A DNA stretch of 64,000 nucleotides, from NCBI RefSeq assembly GCF_009834535.1, contig NC_045697.1, positions 97,838,001-97,902,000 of the forward strand, in the 5' to 3' direction. A model generated the notes under the pieces. The model was not told the origin of the DNA and made no database searches. It saw only the letters and a program-made list of their open reading frames with translations. Origin of the DNA: Camelus ferus (taxonomy: Eukaryota). This document shows positions 37,901 through 51,700 of the stretch, piece after piece (within the stretch, counting starts at the first letter, position 1; the number at the start of each line of letters is the position of its first letter). Both the position numbers and the translations under genes were made by a program.

Positions 37901-40224
37901 AGTTGCTGAAATTTCATTTTATGCCTAGTATGCCAGATAGTTTTAGCTGTTCACAGAAAACAGGATTCCAGGGCACCGCAAAATTTCACAGACTAGGTTA
38001 GTAGCCCTTTGGCTGCAGCCAAGGGAAATGGTTCATGGGAACAAAGCACAAATATAACTGAAGTGATTTATTTTTCCCCTAAATTATTCTGTTGTTCCAG
38101 TCCTAAACCACTCTCAGGGGAGAGAAATAATTGTATATTTTCTGGCCTCTGCACTACTCTAAAAGAGATTTCCACAGACCTAGAATATGAATTACTTTTT
38201 CTAAACTGGAAAACATTCTTTTACCTCAACTTGTCAAGTTTCTTTCATTTCTTTGGCTCAATCGCTATGACCGAATTTGTCTGTTTTCTTCACAAACTAA
38301 ATATTTTCCCATGTTCTATAACGGTCCATCTTCTAAGAAATAGTGATTGGGAAATTGATATTCAGCTTGTCATGTTCAAAGTTTTAGACTAGGAATTTTA
38401 ACTTTCCAAGCAAAGCCTATCAGTTCAAAGTACAAACAAGGAAAAAAAATGAAATCAGGATTTCTAAAGACTCCAGGTTGGAAAGAAGTATCTTTGAGCA
38501 ACGTTAAGAGTCATTAAAAGACTCTGAAAAGCCCAGGGAGGAAAACGTCTCCTCATCTTTGTGTGAGATCAGATGAGAAACTGAACCCCTGCCAGGAGGG
38601 AGGGTGCAGGGGAGACAGGAACACCAAGGTGGCTGGTTAAAGAGGATAATACTGGACGCTACGTGAAAGCACTACTCCTTGGTACCAGTTAATAATAGAA
38701 AAATGGAAGAAAGAATTACTGGAACAAGAAAGAAAAATAGGTCTAAAGCACCCCCTCCCATTAACAGAATGTGTTTAAGAGCAGCAACGTTATAAAGACA
38801 CAGGCCAGTGGCACTGCGCACTCAGTAAGCATCTCATTTTAGTTCATAATAACCCACAGAAGACATGGCTGTGTTGTCTGTGCTCATGGAGCCATAAGAG
38901 TAAATTAGAAAGCATGGTAGAGATTTGAAGCCTAAAACTGGCTGCACAAAAGACAATTAAGTTTTTAAGATTAACCTGAGTGGAATTTGAATTACAGCAT
39001 TTTGTCAACTCCATCATTCAATGAGAAATAAGATAAATCCCCTCTGAGATGGGATCACACACATTAATAAAGAGAGAATAAAACGTTCATGGTGGTTTTA
39101 GTGATCATTAAATCCAATTCCTTCATTTTTTTTTTCCCTCACCTTCCAAGTACCCAGCCATTCTTAGATTGAAGTGGTGTTCAAAGTAGCACTGATGAAA
39201 TGGAGAGGTGACCCAAAACTGAAAGAACACAGTTACAAAGAGGGTGAGTAGAACAACTTGTTTGTTTTTTTTTTAATGCCTTTTGGTAGGATTAAAAGAA
39301 ATAGTTATCAACAAGGCAATACTATTGTTAAAAGAAAAATAGCAGGAACATCATTGGCTTTCATGTGATGAAGAAGAAAAAAGAAATAATTTTCCTATTG
39401 CATACAGTCATCTTTTGGGGGAAAATCTGGATAATCCAGGAGCCACTGGAATGGTTAGACATCTGGCAAAACAGTGGTCAGTTTACTCTCTCAATTCATC
39501 AGGGAGATAGAAGTATTCACAGAGGTTAGAGGAGAGAATAGATTAAATTATATGTGTGTGTGTGTATTTTTTTTTTGAAGGAATAGCATGTATTATACCC
39601 AGAGGATCGTCTACCATGTAGCAGACTTCAGCAAGAAGGGGTAACTCTGTGTTTTCATAATTCCAAAGAACATACAATAAAAAAAAATTGAGAATGTAAT
39701 ACGAGAGAATGAAGTTGAATCTAGGACCACACACACAGAACCTGAAAGACACCAGCCTTTGAGTCTTTATCAACACATGCACTGTCATGTGAAACATTTG
39801 AACGCCATCCTTCTTATAGGCCTATTCATGATGGCCATTCCTATTACTATTCTTATGATACAGTTTAGAAAATAAGTTTGTGCACTTAGTAAATGGACTG
39901 AATCATAAGCAACTGTCTTTTGCTCCCAAATTGGTTGCTTTGATTATTCATACACTTAACTAGTCAATATTGGGGGGGGGGGGTTTTTGTTTTCCTTTGA
40001 AAGAAATGAAGTACCTATTTTTAGAGAACCAAAAACAATCAAGGCCTCCGTTGTATTCTCTTCCTGTGAAGTCTGACTGATGTTTAAGGATGACTAGGAC
40101 AACATAATCACTGGCTACTAGCAACCAGTGGTTTTCTTTTTATATGGAACTTAGAAGAGTTTTTAATTATTATTTCAGAATTTTCAGGTGTCTAATGAAG
40201 TGACAGGGAAAACGGGCAGCATAA

Positions 40225-40425
40225 GGCTAATATTCAGGAGAAAGACTAAAAGTTCTTAAATAAAAACAATGAAATATGTGACCATATAAGTGTTTAAGTG
40301 TTAAAACTACCTGTCACATAATAAATGGGTATTTTCCCTCAAGGTGATCGCCACAAGAAGCTATTACTCTAATGATGACTTTGTCCTAATTATTTTGAAA
40401 ACACCACTTCAGAACTGACTTCATA
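40225..40425. mobile_element. Possible MARNA-like (TcMar-Mariner) remnant
   Basis: tcaaggtgatcgccacaagaagctattactctaatgatg...ttttgaaaacaccacttcagaactgacttc loosely resembles recalled MARNA consensus. Confidence 0.3.
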
Positions 40426-41379
40426 CGTAATACATGCTGTACAGGAAATCGGGCACTGGAGCTTTGCCGTATCCCGTGTAACAGCTCAAATTCTGCTGCT
40501 TCCCCCAATACAGCCAAACAAATATTATTTACTCAGAATATTTGCTGCCTCCTCATTTTATTCACAGAGCCATACAATTAAATTAAAAGAATTAAAAATA
40601 TTTAAAAACTCAGAACTAGCAATTTAAATACAGATTCATGGTCTTTAAATATTGGTGTCATAATGTGCTTTGTGAATTGTCATGAGCCAATGCCCTAATC
40701 TACTAGTTTACTATTGATTTGGTTACGTGAGGCTCCTCTATATCATCAGATAAACATTTAGGAAGAAAAGTGGCCTATCCTGTGCAGGTGAAATGTCTCA
40801 AGCTAGTTAATATATTTTAGTTAATTGCCACTTTAAACCAGCTCAATACTAGTGCAAATTCTGCAGCCAGCTTGGGACTATTACTCACTCTTGACATAGT
40901 CGTTTACAATCCAAAGAATGGTCATGTTCCTCCATTTAGGAAGACAGGAGTCTTAGGGTCAAAACTCCTTAAATTGTAATTTTTAATGTAAACAAAGCCT
41001 CCCATGTCTCATCATTCTGAACAGAATTATTGTTCCTTAAAAATTGTTAAAATATTGACTGGTAGAGTACAGTGGCATGATGGATTTTTTCTTTTAAAGG
41101 CAAAAATGATCAAATACCAACAACATGCAGTGAAATATAATATGATTCCTATCTTACAAACATTATAATGTTTGATAATGGCAATATTTAGTATAATAAT
41201 TCCCTCCAAAGTCAGCATTGCATTACTGTCATTATTGTTTTCAATAAAACCTCTTGCCTTGGAAGGGACAGTGGTAAATGTGACTAAAAGTATTTGTAGG
41301 TTAATTGCATAGATTATGTGTCTACAGTGTGCTCTATTAACATAAACATAGTTAACATGTCTAGAGAACTTACTAGGAT

Positions 41380-41545
41380 CCAGACATTATGTTTAACCTG
41401 TAGAGGAGACACTGCCAGTCCTATTTCAAACATAAGCAGGTAGAAATTCAGAGAGGTTAGTAACTTGCTCTTGGTTTCATCCCTAAGAAGTGGTAAAGCC
41501 AAAATTCAAACTCAGGTCTAACATCAAAGTTTGCATTCTTATTGA
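41380..41545 (-). mobile_element. MIR SINE
   Basis: gaaattcagagaggttagtaacttgctcttggtttcatccctaagaagtggtaaagccaaaattcaaactcaggtct. Confidence 0.75.
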
Positions 41546-43104
41546 CTATTTCTGCGAGTTTTCACTAATCCTAGTTGTTGAAGTTTTAGTAGGAAAAATC
41601 TCAGTCTCTAGAGGCTGAAATATACACTGTTGTATATGACAATTACCTGTCAGCTAAAGAAACACAATTTAAAACAAGGTTCAAACCTGACACTAAAGTC
41701 TATGTCCTATTTATCATTTTAGAAATGATCAAATACATTTCTTTCCCAGATGGATTCACCCCAGAATGGCATATGATATATTTGGAATCTACCATCCAGT
41801 CTCAAGTGGCCAGAAAACAGAGCTGCTTTCATGTCATTTCTAAGCCAAAGCTGAAAGGCCAACAATCACTAGAGAATTTCACTCTGGTGAGATTTTCAGT
41901 TCAATTGTATTCTCCCCTGAGGTTCAAACAAACTTCAGATAATCATCCTGAATTTAGTGATGAACCAAGCTCACATTCAGACTACGGCTCCTCAGAGGGT
42001 CAGCCCTTGCATTTAGACTATGGCACAGCTTAAAGTGACGAGCCAAATGGGGTCAGATGTTCAATACTTGGCAAAAGCCTCAGCTGTCATATTGAAACAA
42101 TGTTGACAAGATGGCAGACTTTAAAATAAATCCCCTGTGGGGGCTTCCTGATATCATTCTTGCTTTCCCTTCTGCCTCAGCTCCAGCCCCGCTGCTTTCT
42201 GGAACACATGCCAATCACGCACAGCACTCACTAAGAACTGTGAGGACTACGCAACATGACAGTATTTATTTCAGCCACAGGAGCCAGTCCTGGGCACAGG
42301 TACAAGGGTATCTCCTGACTTCTCAGCCCAAGATAAAACATGTTGCTGATACATGCCCGTCCCTGCTCTCAAGAGGCACCCCAAGGCACCACAGTCCTCA
42401 CCCACCAGCAGTTAACCCTTTCCAGTCCATTTCATTGAGTAAATTGGGTGTTAAAGCACCATGAGTTCTTCTCCTAAACAATTCGTTTCAGCAAATGCTC
42501 TGAGAATGTTGGTCGATTTCAGTTAGGCAACGTCAGTCCATCTTTCTGGTAAACAAGAAGCTGACTTACAACTTGGAGTTAAACAACGCAAGAGGTTTAG
42601 AAATATGGATCAATTAACTCTTTGGCTGGTACCATTTCTCTATAATAAACTAACTTGGGCTGCTTCAAGAATAGCCTAAAAGTTTAGCCCAAATTGTGAT
42701 GACACTTTAGATTTCATGACCTTTTAATGTGTGTGTCATAATCAACTGTAGATAGAAAGCTGGCCACACTGTAAGGAAAATGAACTTTTTGATACATTAC
42801 TCCTCTGTTCTAAAATAATTGACCACCCTACAGATATAAGAGAATAATAGAATAGTATAATGCCAATAAATATAATATGAAATTAAGGTGAGATTGTTTT
42901 AAATGGCTCAAATTACCTTTGCTTTTGGAATTTGTATATTATATAATGGCCAGTCCACATAGCTTTCAGTTATAAGATTTTGCAGTTGGTAGATCCATTT
43001 CTCAGTAAGCTCAGTAGGGTGACCTAAACCGCCAGGATACTCAGGTAAATGGCTTTAATGCAATGAAAAGTTGAAAAAAATACTAAAATGAAGGAAAGCA
43101 TTGA

Positions 43105-43258
43105 GGTGTACAGCAAAGTGACTCAGTTATACATATATACTCTTTTTCAGATTCTTTTCCATTATAGGTTATTACAAGATATTGAATATAGTTCCCTGTG
43201 CTATACAGTAGGTCCTTGTTGTTTACCTATTTTATATACAGTAGTGTCTATCTGTTAT
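43105..43258 (-). mobile_element. Cetartiodactyl L1 3' UTR fragment
   Basis: ggtgtacagcaaagtgactcagttatac...ttattacaagatattgaatatagttccctgtgctatacagtagg. Confidence 0.88.
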
Positions 43259-43329
43259 TGGTCTTTTAAGTGGAGTTTCTTTTGGGAAAATAAAATGGTA
43301 CTGTTAAGGGAAAAATGAAGAACCATGGA

Positions 43330-43445
43330 TCTTGTCCATACTCCTCATTTTACAAGTAAATAGACTGAAGTTGAGAAAGGTGAAATGATCAAGCCAATGT
43401 CGCCCACCCAGGCAATGACCAGGTCAGAAGTAAAACTCCCCCTGC
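43330..43445 (-). mobile_element. MIR fragment
   Basis: ctcctcattttacaagtaaatagactgaagttgagaaaggtgaaatgatc. Confidence 0.55.
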
Positions 43446-44269
43446 TCCTGACACTGCAACACATCAGTCCCTTTCAGGAGACGACAGTTTTGCTCTTGCT
43501 GTTATTTCTTCTGTCTCCATTACCCGATCCCCTCTCTTCTCCTGATTATGTCCTATTCATTTTCCCAGGATAAATCCACAAAGCCCTTTTGGAATCCCAG
43601 GAAATTTTATTTATGTCACCACACAGCTGAGCACTTACCCAAAGTCTGAAGGAAAACACAGGAAGGAACTGGCTTCAGAGAGAAAAGCCAAAGCTAGGCG
43701 GAAACATTCACTTCACTTCAGGGTTCCCAGTCTCATCACCATTATCGTGATTATGTCATCATCATCCTCTCCATCATCATTTCTTATATTTATATGGCAA
43801 TCTATAGTGGTTTATTAACCCACATGTTACTTTGTTCAATGACCAGTCAACAAGAACTATGAAGCATCTTAAATAAACCTAGTGCTGGGAAAATCAAGAA
43901 TTTGTACGACTTTGCATTTTTTAGACAGACTGCTTCACAGCCATCTGCAAGTTGCCTAGCATGTGCAATTTCTCTCACAAAACAGACTTTAAAACTTTTG
44001 AAGTCGCCTGTTACACCTCCTATTACTTTTTTATTATGCAGATGTCTTACAAAGAGACGCATTTACAGAAAACAATCTGCAGATGACTGGTTAATGAAAC
44101 TAGAAATAAAACCAACACCCTTCACCCGAGTCCAGTGACTAAAAGTTGGGCTGAAAGTAAAATCAGCTGCAGGTGAACTGCAGAGGTGCGCAGCCCCAGT
44201 GACCTCCCTGCAGCTCCTGATGCTAATGACCGTGCCCTCCTTCCGAACCTCCCATTCCCTCTGTTTTAT

Positions 44270-45650
44270 ATGTCACTGCTCTCGTCTGGGTTCTTTGAAG
44301 CTTCCTTCTAAGTGCCACTTTATGGCTCTGCTGACCCTCCACATATTTTCATACTTTTGAGTATTTGCTCATGATATTCTTTTCTTGCCTCCTCTCTGCT
44401 TGAATTTCTTATCTTCCAAGACTGACCTCAAATACCACGTCCTTTCTAAAGTCTTTCCTGACCATCCAGGCTGGAATGACTTGCTCTTGTCTCTTTTCTT
44501 TTTAAAAAATATATTTAGTTTTTCAAACAGGGAATGAATCCACAGAGTTCAAAAGCCAAAAATACAAATGGGCATGCAGTGAAGTCTCCTTTACATCATT
44601 GTTTTCTGTCACCCAAATTTTCTTCCCATCAGTTGATTTTGGGGTCTCCAAAGGTACTTACGCAGCAAAGACAAGCATAAGTTTCTTCTAGCTTTACACA
44701 ACTTTTAGCATACTCCACAGTATGTTTTGCACATTGCTTTTTTTTTCCCACTTAATGATGTGTTTTGGAGAGAGATGCTTTCATATTAATATATAGAGTA
44801 TAGCATAATTCTCTTATATTCTCTTACGTATAGTATTTTATTGCAGGGTTATAACATAGTGTATTTAATTAGTTTCCTACTGATGGAAATTCAAGTTGTT
44901 TCTAACTTGCTGTTTTGAGCAATGATTCAATTAACAGTCTCATAATGTTTTTGCACATATGTACTATTATACTTACAGAATAAATTGGAGTTGTTCTATC
45001 AGAGAGTATGAAATTTTGATAAACATTTTAAAAAGCCCTGCACATATGTGTTGTAGAAATTTATACTTTCTCAAGTAATAATATGTGAAGTGCTTATTCG
45101 CTCCCCATTCTTGATAACACAATAAACACAGTATTATCAAACTTACGTATCTTTGTCAATCTTAATAGGTAATAGATGTTATTTTGGTGTGATACTAGTT
45201 TTCATTTATTTTATTACGATTAAAATTGAGTACCATTTCATAGTTTTAAGGTTATGAATATCTCCTTTTTAATGAAGTTTTTGTTAGTATCATTTCCGCA
45301 TTTTCTCCTGGGTAACCTCATTCATTTAGAGATGCTCTTTACATTTTAGGGAAATCAGGTCTTTTTTTCTGTTAAATGAGCTGCAGGTTTTTTTCCAGTT
45401 TGTACTGTTTGCTTTTGACTCTCTTTATAGTAATCCACCTAATTTTCTAGCTGTCCATTACCTATTTATTTACTATTGAACTCAGTATATTATGTCACAA
45501 ATGTGTCTATATTTGCTATTACATAAAATGCTATTGCTATTAGACTTGGAGGATCTCAGAACAGATAACATTTCTTACTCAACTTTCCTTCTGCACATTC
45601 GCACAATGCCAGGCACTTACAAGTCAGCAATAAATTTTCTGTGAATAAAG
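44270..45650. mobile_element. L2 (+) remnant (44270-44490 and 45480-45650) split by an ancient L1ME 3' portion (-) (about 44500-45430)
   Basis: L2: tcttccaagactgacctcaaatacc...tctttcctgacc and gcacaatgccaggcacttacaagtcagcaataaa. L1ME: tttcctactgatggaaattcaagttgtttctaa and atctttgtcaatcttaatagg. Confidence 0.65.
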
Positions 45651-46056
45651 CATTAGCGTTTGCTCGCTTGTTTGTTTTTCCCTTTTAAGCTTAAAAGAAT
45701 GCTAAACTGGAAAGGCTAAGACGTGTTAGCTACATTTATTAAATAAACAGCCTTTACAGCAGTGCTGTGTTGTGGCACTGCTTTTGCCTTTCCTATTCTG
45801 CTGATACTTAACTGAACAATAACAAGCAGAAGTTATTCAGCAGATTGGTTTTTACTTGGGGTCCAATTCCAAAAATGTCATGAGTGAGTGTGTAAGTGTA
45901 TTCACACACGTGTGGGGGGGGATGGAGTGGAGGAGGCAAGTTCATGTAACCGTTGAAGGATGTAAGTTTCTTTTTTAATATATAAAATGACCAAGTGTCA
46001 CAGTAAAACCTCCTGAAACATGCTGAAGATTTTGTGCCAAGATTTCTATCCCCAGA

Positions 46057-46221
46057 TTTCTTCTGTATAGCACAGGGAACTATATTCAGTATCTTGTAAC
46101 AACCTTTAATGAAAAAGAATATGAAAATGAATATATGTATGTATATGCATGATTGGGACATTGTGCTGAACACCAGAAACTGGCACATTGTAACTGACTG
46201 TACTTCAATTAAAAAAAATAA
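46057..46221 (+). mobile_element. Short 5'-truncated camelid-type L1 3' end with TSD
   Basis: ctgtatagcacagggaactatattcagtatcttgta...tgtaactgactgtacttcaattaaaaaaaat; TSD aagatttctatccccaga (46039-46056) / aagattcctagtcccaga (46222-46239). Confidence 0.9.
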
Positions 46222-46684
46222 AAGATTCCTAGTCCCAGAAATCTATTTAGAAATGATACTTTGAAGTCAATCAACAGAAAATTCAAGGAAATAAGAAGCC
46301 TACCCTTCAGTGAATCTAACATCACTCAGTACCACCTCTGTTTGTTCTTTATTTCCCTCCTTGCCTATTCTAGACACAAATTTTAGGCTATCTTTTTGTA
46401 GAAAAAAAAATGAAACTTTAATTTTCTAGTATCAGCCACTTATTCTCATGCTATTGCTTCACAAGTGTTTCTGGAGTTGAACAAAGACACACTGACAACA
46501 AAGGTTGTTGTCTACTTGCTCAGCCGGGGTGGGAGGAAGGCGTAGAATTCCACACCCATGTTCATCCATAATTTTCTCTTTGGTTCAGACCTTAATGAGG
46601 AGCCAAGATGTCCCCTTGTTTTGTAAGGATTTGAGGTCTCTGTACTAGCATGTGACCGCTGAATAGTGACTCACCCAGACTCAC

Positions 46685-46814
46685 CTTCCCTTTTTGTTTG
46701 TTTGTATCTTTTTTTTTTTTTTTTTTTTTTGCGACCGATGGTTGCACAAAAAAATAAACAGCTTTCCTATGGCGCTCAATAGCACTCAAATGTGCCAGGG
46801 CAAGGACCCCTTTT
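46685..46814 (-). other. Candidate exon (130 nt) with tandem consensus donors
   Basis: ttccttccatatgttttatttcattttctag|AAAAGGGG...GGGAAG|gtgagtctgg|gtgagt; contains an A-run of about 23 nt. Confidence 0.35.
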
Positions 46815-47452
46815 CTAGAAAATGAAATAAAACATATGGAAGGAAATGAAGAACTCTTGTCAAAATTATTCCACTGTGAAATTAGTTACATTCCACAAGA
46901 AAATATAATCACGCCAAGGGTTTCTTTCTTCAGTGACTCTCATATAAACTGCAGAAGCAAAAAAAAAAAAAAAAAAAAAATCTGGTGTTCAGCTTCATAA
47001 GCTGTCAGTGCCATTGGCTACCTAAACCCATTCATATTTGATTATTTTCAGTCCACTGCCATTTCTGTACAGCCCGGGTGGATATTTCTTTGGTTCATTG
47101 CATAAAATATTCCCATCAGTCTATGACTGTGTTGCCGCTGTCTTTGCTATAATTAACACAGCAACAGATTAAAAAAATACTACTTAAAATAACTGGTGTC
47201 CAATTTACTTCCAAACAGAATCCACATAAAAAAGATTATCCAAGAGAGAGCTGCCAAATGTACTGTAAACTGGAAGGGTTTCAATATCCCTTAAATGCTC
47301 GGCTAGAAGCTAACTGAACCACATCTCTGCTGTCAGCAGAGCATGAAACTCTGAGATTTGTTTCAGTTTCCATCCAGTCTCTGCCAGTTAAAACTAAAGA
47401 CTTCCACCGGGGTAAATACATATTTCCATTTTTACTGGCATTGTCTACTTAC

Positions 47453-47513
47453 TCTTTTACAAGCGGTGCACTTCCCTCTCAAGGATGCTTGAGCCTTTTA
47501 TGAAGATGTCAGT
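47453..47513 (-). other. Candidate non-coding exon (61 nt)
   Basis: ccttaatactattcag|ACTGACATC...TAAAAGA|gtaagt; stop codons in all three frames. Confidence 0.25.
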
Positions 47514-47656
47514 CTGAATAGTATTAAGGTCTAACAAACTTTCCCAGCTTTCATCCTCACCCTCATCTCTACAAGGCCTTTCTTGTGTGCACACAGTTAT
47601 GAATGGCACCATAAAGAAAATCTAATAGACCCCTTCCTTTCTACTGTAAGACGTAT

Positions 47657-47689
<33 letters not shown>

Positions 47690-47748
47690 ACCCCCGCACA
47701 TACACGCGCACACACACACACACTAGAGAGACAGAGAGAGAGAGAGAG
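47657..47748. repeat. Compound (CA)n/(GA)n microsatellite
   Basis: Directly visible; imperfect in its middle part. Confidence 0.95.
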
Positions 47749-47759
47749 AAATGCATGCA

Positions 47760-48770
47760 CACAGTAAATCCTGCTCAAAATCCTCCATTGGATTCCCATT
47801 TCTTATCAAATCAAATACAATTTTCTTAGCATGTCATTCAGGGACTCCTGCAATATGAACCTAGATTATCTTTCCAGCCTATGTTTTACCAATCTCCTGA
47901 GTGTATCTCATATTCCTAGGAAACAAGATTACTCACAGTTCCTGTGTCATTGGCACTTTCAGATTATCTGATCCTGCCTCCTAGATAAGCAGAGAATCAG
48001 GGCCCTGGAGTCAACTAGTCTAGAGTATGATGGGCTGTTAGATGCCTGTTTCAAAGAGAAGGGAGGGAGGGGCCTAGGAAGGAAGAGGTGTTCCTTGTAA
48101 TCTTATCAACAGGCAGCTGGTGTGCAACTAAGAAAGTGATCTGAGCCAGATCATCTCTGAGTTGCCAATGAGAAAAGTCAGGCAGACCATCCATATAAGT
48201 TGGCAGTTTCAATGAGTGCTGCAGAAATGAGGGTTCTGTGATGAAACCAGGAAGACAGAGATAGGACCAGAAACATTTGACAGTGGAGGGGCTGAGATGC
48301 AGTCTAAAGCCATATAAATGAGGGGAGGGATAAAATGAATTCCTACAGGGGCTGCTTCTCTGGGTGGCCGAGGACAGGGTTAAGGATATAATGGAACTAA
48401 ATGCCACCTTGGTTCTCCTACTCATAACACTCTTTCTGCAAAGAGCATCTCCCTCCACTGGTTCCAATCAAACCCATTCTTCAAGACCCATCTCAAAGAC
48501 AATCTTCTCCATGAAACCTGTTCCTATCCCTTCAAAAGAAGTGACCTTCCCTCATTTTCATTTCATCAGACACGGTTGGTATTTCTCGATCACCTTTTTT
48601 ATGCTGACTGTGTATTGCATTTTTTTGGTATTTTACAGTCGTTGATTTATTTATCTTGTACCTTTACTATATTATATACACTGTAAGTTGTGGATGCGTT
48701 CTTTCTTAATATCAACTGTAGCAACTACAAACTCTGATGTGAAACTGTTGCTCAATAAATATTATTAACA
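47760..48770 (+). mobile_element. L2 remnant (47760-47960 and 48415-48770) interrupted by an unclassified insert of about 440 bp
   Basis: cctgctcaaaatcctccattggattcccatttc; ttcttcaagacccatctcaaagacaatcttctccatgaaacc; tgctcaataaatatt. Confidence 0.6.
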
Positions 48771-51700
48771 TTATTTTAACTAACATCTGTAGGGAACATT
48801 TGTAGGGAACAAATATTTGCATGATACGGAACAAGGAAAGGGGTTTCAGGGTCAGAATATTTCTCTGGATGTTCTTTCAGTTGGCCAGCATCACTGGCAT
48901 CCCCACAATAGGTTTTATAGAGATAAATATTCAATATAAGCTGAATATATCTTGTTATCTACAGTTCTTCATGGGCCTAGTCAATCAATTTTCTAACTTG
49001 TCAGAATAAAATTATTCACTATATTCTCATGATATATGGAAGGTATTTAATAAATATCACTGCAGAAATATAGAAATGTCCATTTTAATATTCTCTTCAG
49101 TTTTTCTTGGCATAGCCAGGAAACTATTTCATCCCACCTAAAAGTCTGATACCAAGACTAATTTAGGTTATGTTTTGATTAAAATTTAGTCTGCTTTCTT
49201 ACTTAAGTGAACAATATATTTCACTATATTACCCTTCTGTTACATCCACCATTTTGGAAATATATGCTTAAAATATATATTTCACATAAATAATGTAGGA
49301 TCCATAGGAAAAATCTTATACTGCTGACATGAATAAAGCACTCCGTGAATATTCTCTGTGTTAGCTGCTAGGACAACTGAAGTAAAATTTTCAGCCAAGC
49401 TATAGCAAAGTCTATTGGACATTATGAAATATATTTTATGGTTAAAACTATCCCCAGATTTATTTTATTTTTTCTACTTATTTACCTATTCTCCCATTTT
49501 ATTGCTTTAAAAATGGTATCCTATAAGCCCCTTTAAATACTTTTTATTTTAACAATGAAGGGTATAAATAATAAACATACAATTAAAGTAATCCACTCTT
49601 ATTTACAGTTTGATATCCTAAAGTCAAGTATATTACACAGGAACATAATATTATTAAGTAAAAAAGTAACTGTCACTTTTAGTATATTTTCTTAAAAGTA
49701 GAATGGAAGTTGAAGGAAGTCATTTATTCATTTTAATCTTTTTTTCCTCTAAAGGGTAAGGTAAATAAAAGTCTCACCTGGCCACTTCACTTTTACAAGT
49801 CTATCATAAAGTATAAAGATAAGAAGTCTTGGCTTTCAAAATTCTTTGTAATACAGAGCTGGATGATTCTAAGAAATGCAGAGTGGTCATATTCATTAAG
49901 GACCTTCTTTTCCAAGGCTACAGGCATGCATCAAGAAAATAAACTATAACTCTGATACACTATTGGCTATTCAGCATTTGAAAGACCCTACACACCTTTA
50001 AACTATGTAGTTCTTTCACTAAAATAAGATGGAAACTTAGAACTTGAAGCTAATTAACAGCAAAATCATTGCAAGTGTAATGAAATTTTGTCATAACTTC
50101 TTTTTATTTCCAAAACCTTCCTATTCCTAGTAATGCTATGACATATATGCTTTGCTTTTATTTGCATATCTTCATTTCCAATTAAAATGTTTCAAAAATT
50201 AATGTTGTAACTAAAAACAGTCATTGAAAGGCCAGTGCAAAATATGAAGTTTCACAAAAACAGAATTTTTAAAAATATATGTTTAAACAAACTATGAGGC
50301 TTTTTATAAACCAGTCATTTAAATGTGTGGAAGTGAGCAAATGTTTCATTACTGCTGACTCAAAAGAAGACACTTGCTGTGTGGGCAGAGAATGTGGAAG
50401 CTATTTGTGAAGGGAAGAGGGTGTCACCTAAATTAATGTGGTAGGCTCGCCTCATAAGTCATCTCCACCACTCTGCTCCACTACACTGCTGGGAAGAGGA
50501 GAGGTCAATACTGCACTCATTTAGAACATAGAAAGCCTATTTATTTACTAACGGACTCATATCCCCTCATGTAGTCAGGATACAATAAGGCTCAGATTAA
50601 AAGCTTCTTTAAGAAACCAGCCATTCAGGGAAGTGAATCAACTATTAAACTTGAACAAATATTTCAAAATCCTGCTTGCTATCCTCTGTTGCTGAATGCC
50701 ATGACCAGCCTACCTATCCAGATGAGGTGGTCACCCACCGACTCAGATTTCAGTGCCATTGAATGGTCTCCTCACCCCAATGCAAATATATTGTTTCCCT
50801 TTTTATGTGTTCACTGAAGCCCTGATTTCTATTATTTTTCTCAAAATCCTTTAAAAAGGAACATGGCATTCCTTTGCTCAATTAGACCTAACAATTAAAC
50901 TCACTTATACGAAGGAGTGCTGTATTAAACATGGTGGCCATGCCCTCAAAAAGCAGAGCGCGAAGGCGGTATGTGGAGAATATCAGAGGAAAGGAGATGC
51001 TGACCTAAGTGTCAAAAACAAACTTCACGGGGTCAGCATTTTGTTTTGGTTCAGTTTTTGCTGAAGGTAAGAATATACTACATGTACTTAGGATAAGGAT
51101 TGGAGGATTAGTTCTGAATATTTATATTGGTCACTTTTATTTATAGGAAATAATTGTGACTGGTTATACAAATAACTGAATATTGAATAAATGGCCTTCC
51201 TAGTCCTGTGGGCCAATTTCCAACAGAGGACATATTCTTGGTACTATTTTGTTCCCATAGATGCACAAAGAGTTGCTGCTTCAGTTTTCTTGCCCAGAGA
51301 ATCAGTTCATTCAGCACATCCATATGGTGCCCTAGATTCTACTGAAAAGTCAGTGAATCGTGGGTGAATGGCAGTGGACCACTTCTATGTCCTCATTTTC
51401 TTTTCCATTATTTGGGGTTTTAAAACTTTGATTTGAGTTCATTTTGATTGCTAATTATCAAGTTTCTGTAGCCAGTTAGGACTGCTGATAAGGATCTGAG
51501 AAGATGGTGGGAAAAGGCCAGAAGCTGGAAAAAGACTCAAGGCTGGTACAAAGATGTGACCAGCTGAGTTGCCCATTGCCTAATGCTCCAGAGAGATCCC
51601 TATATTAAACCTTTTTTTTTTTTCACTAAAGTCTTTGTTTCAAAATCAAGCGAATTGTCTAACAAATTCTTTCAGATGACTTTTAAAAAAATACTCAATG

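Noticed and set aside
39972..39983. G12 run as a functional G-quadruplex
   Set aside because: Isolated homopolymer with no supporting context.
46592..46789. ORF with a poly-lysine tract
   Set aside because: Lysines derive from a homopolymer run and the start is non-ATG; no coding evidence.
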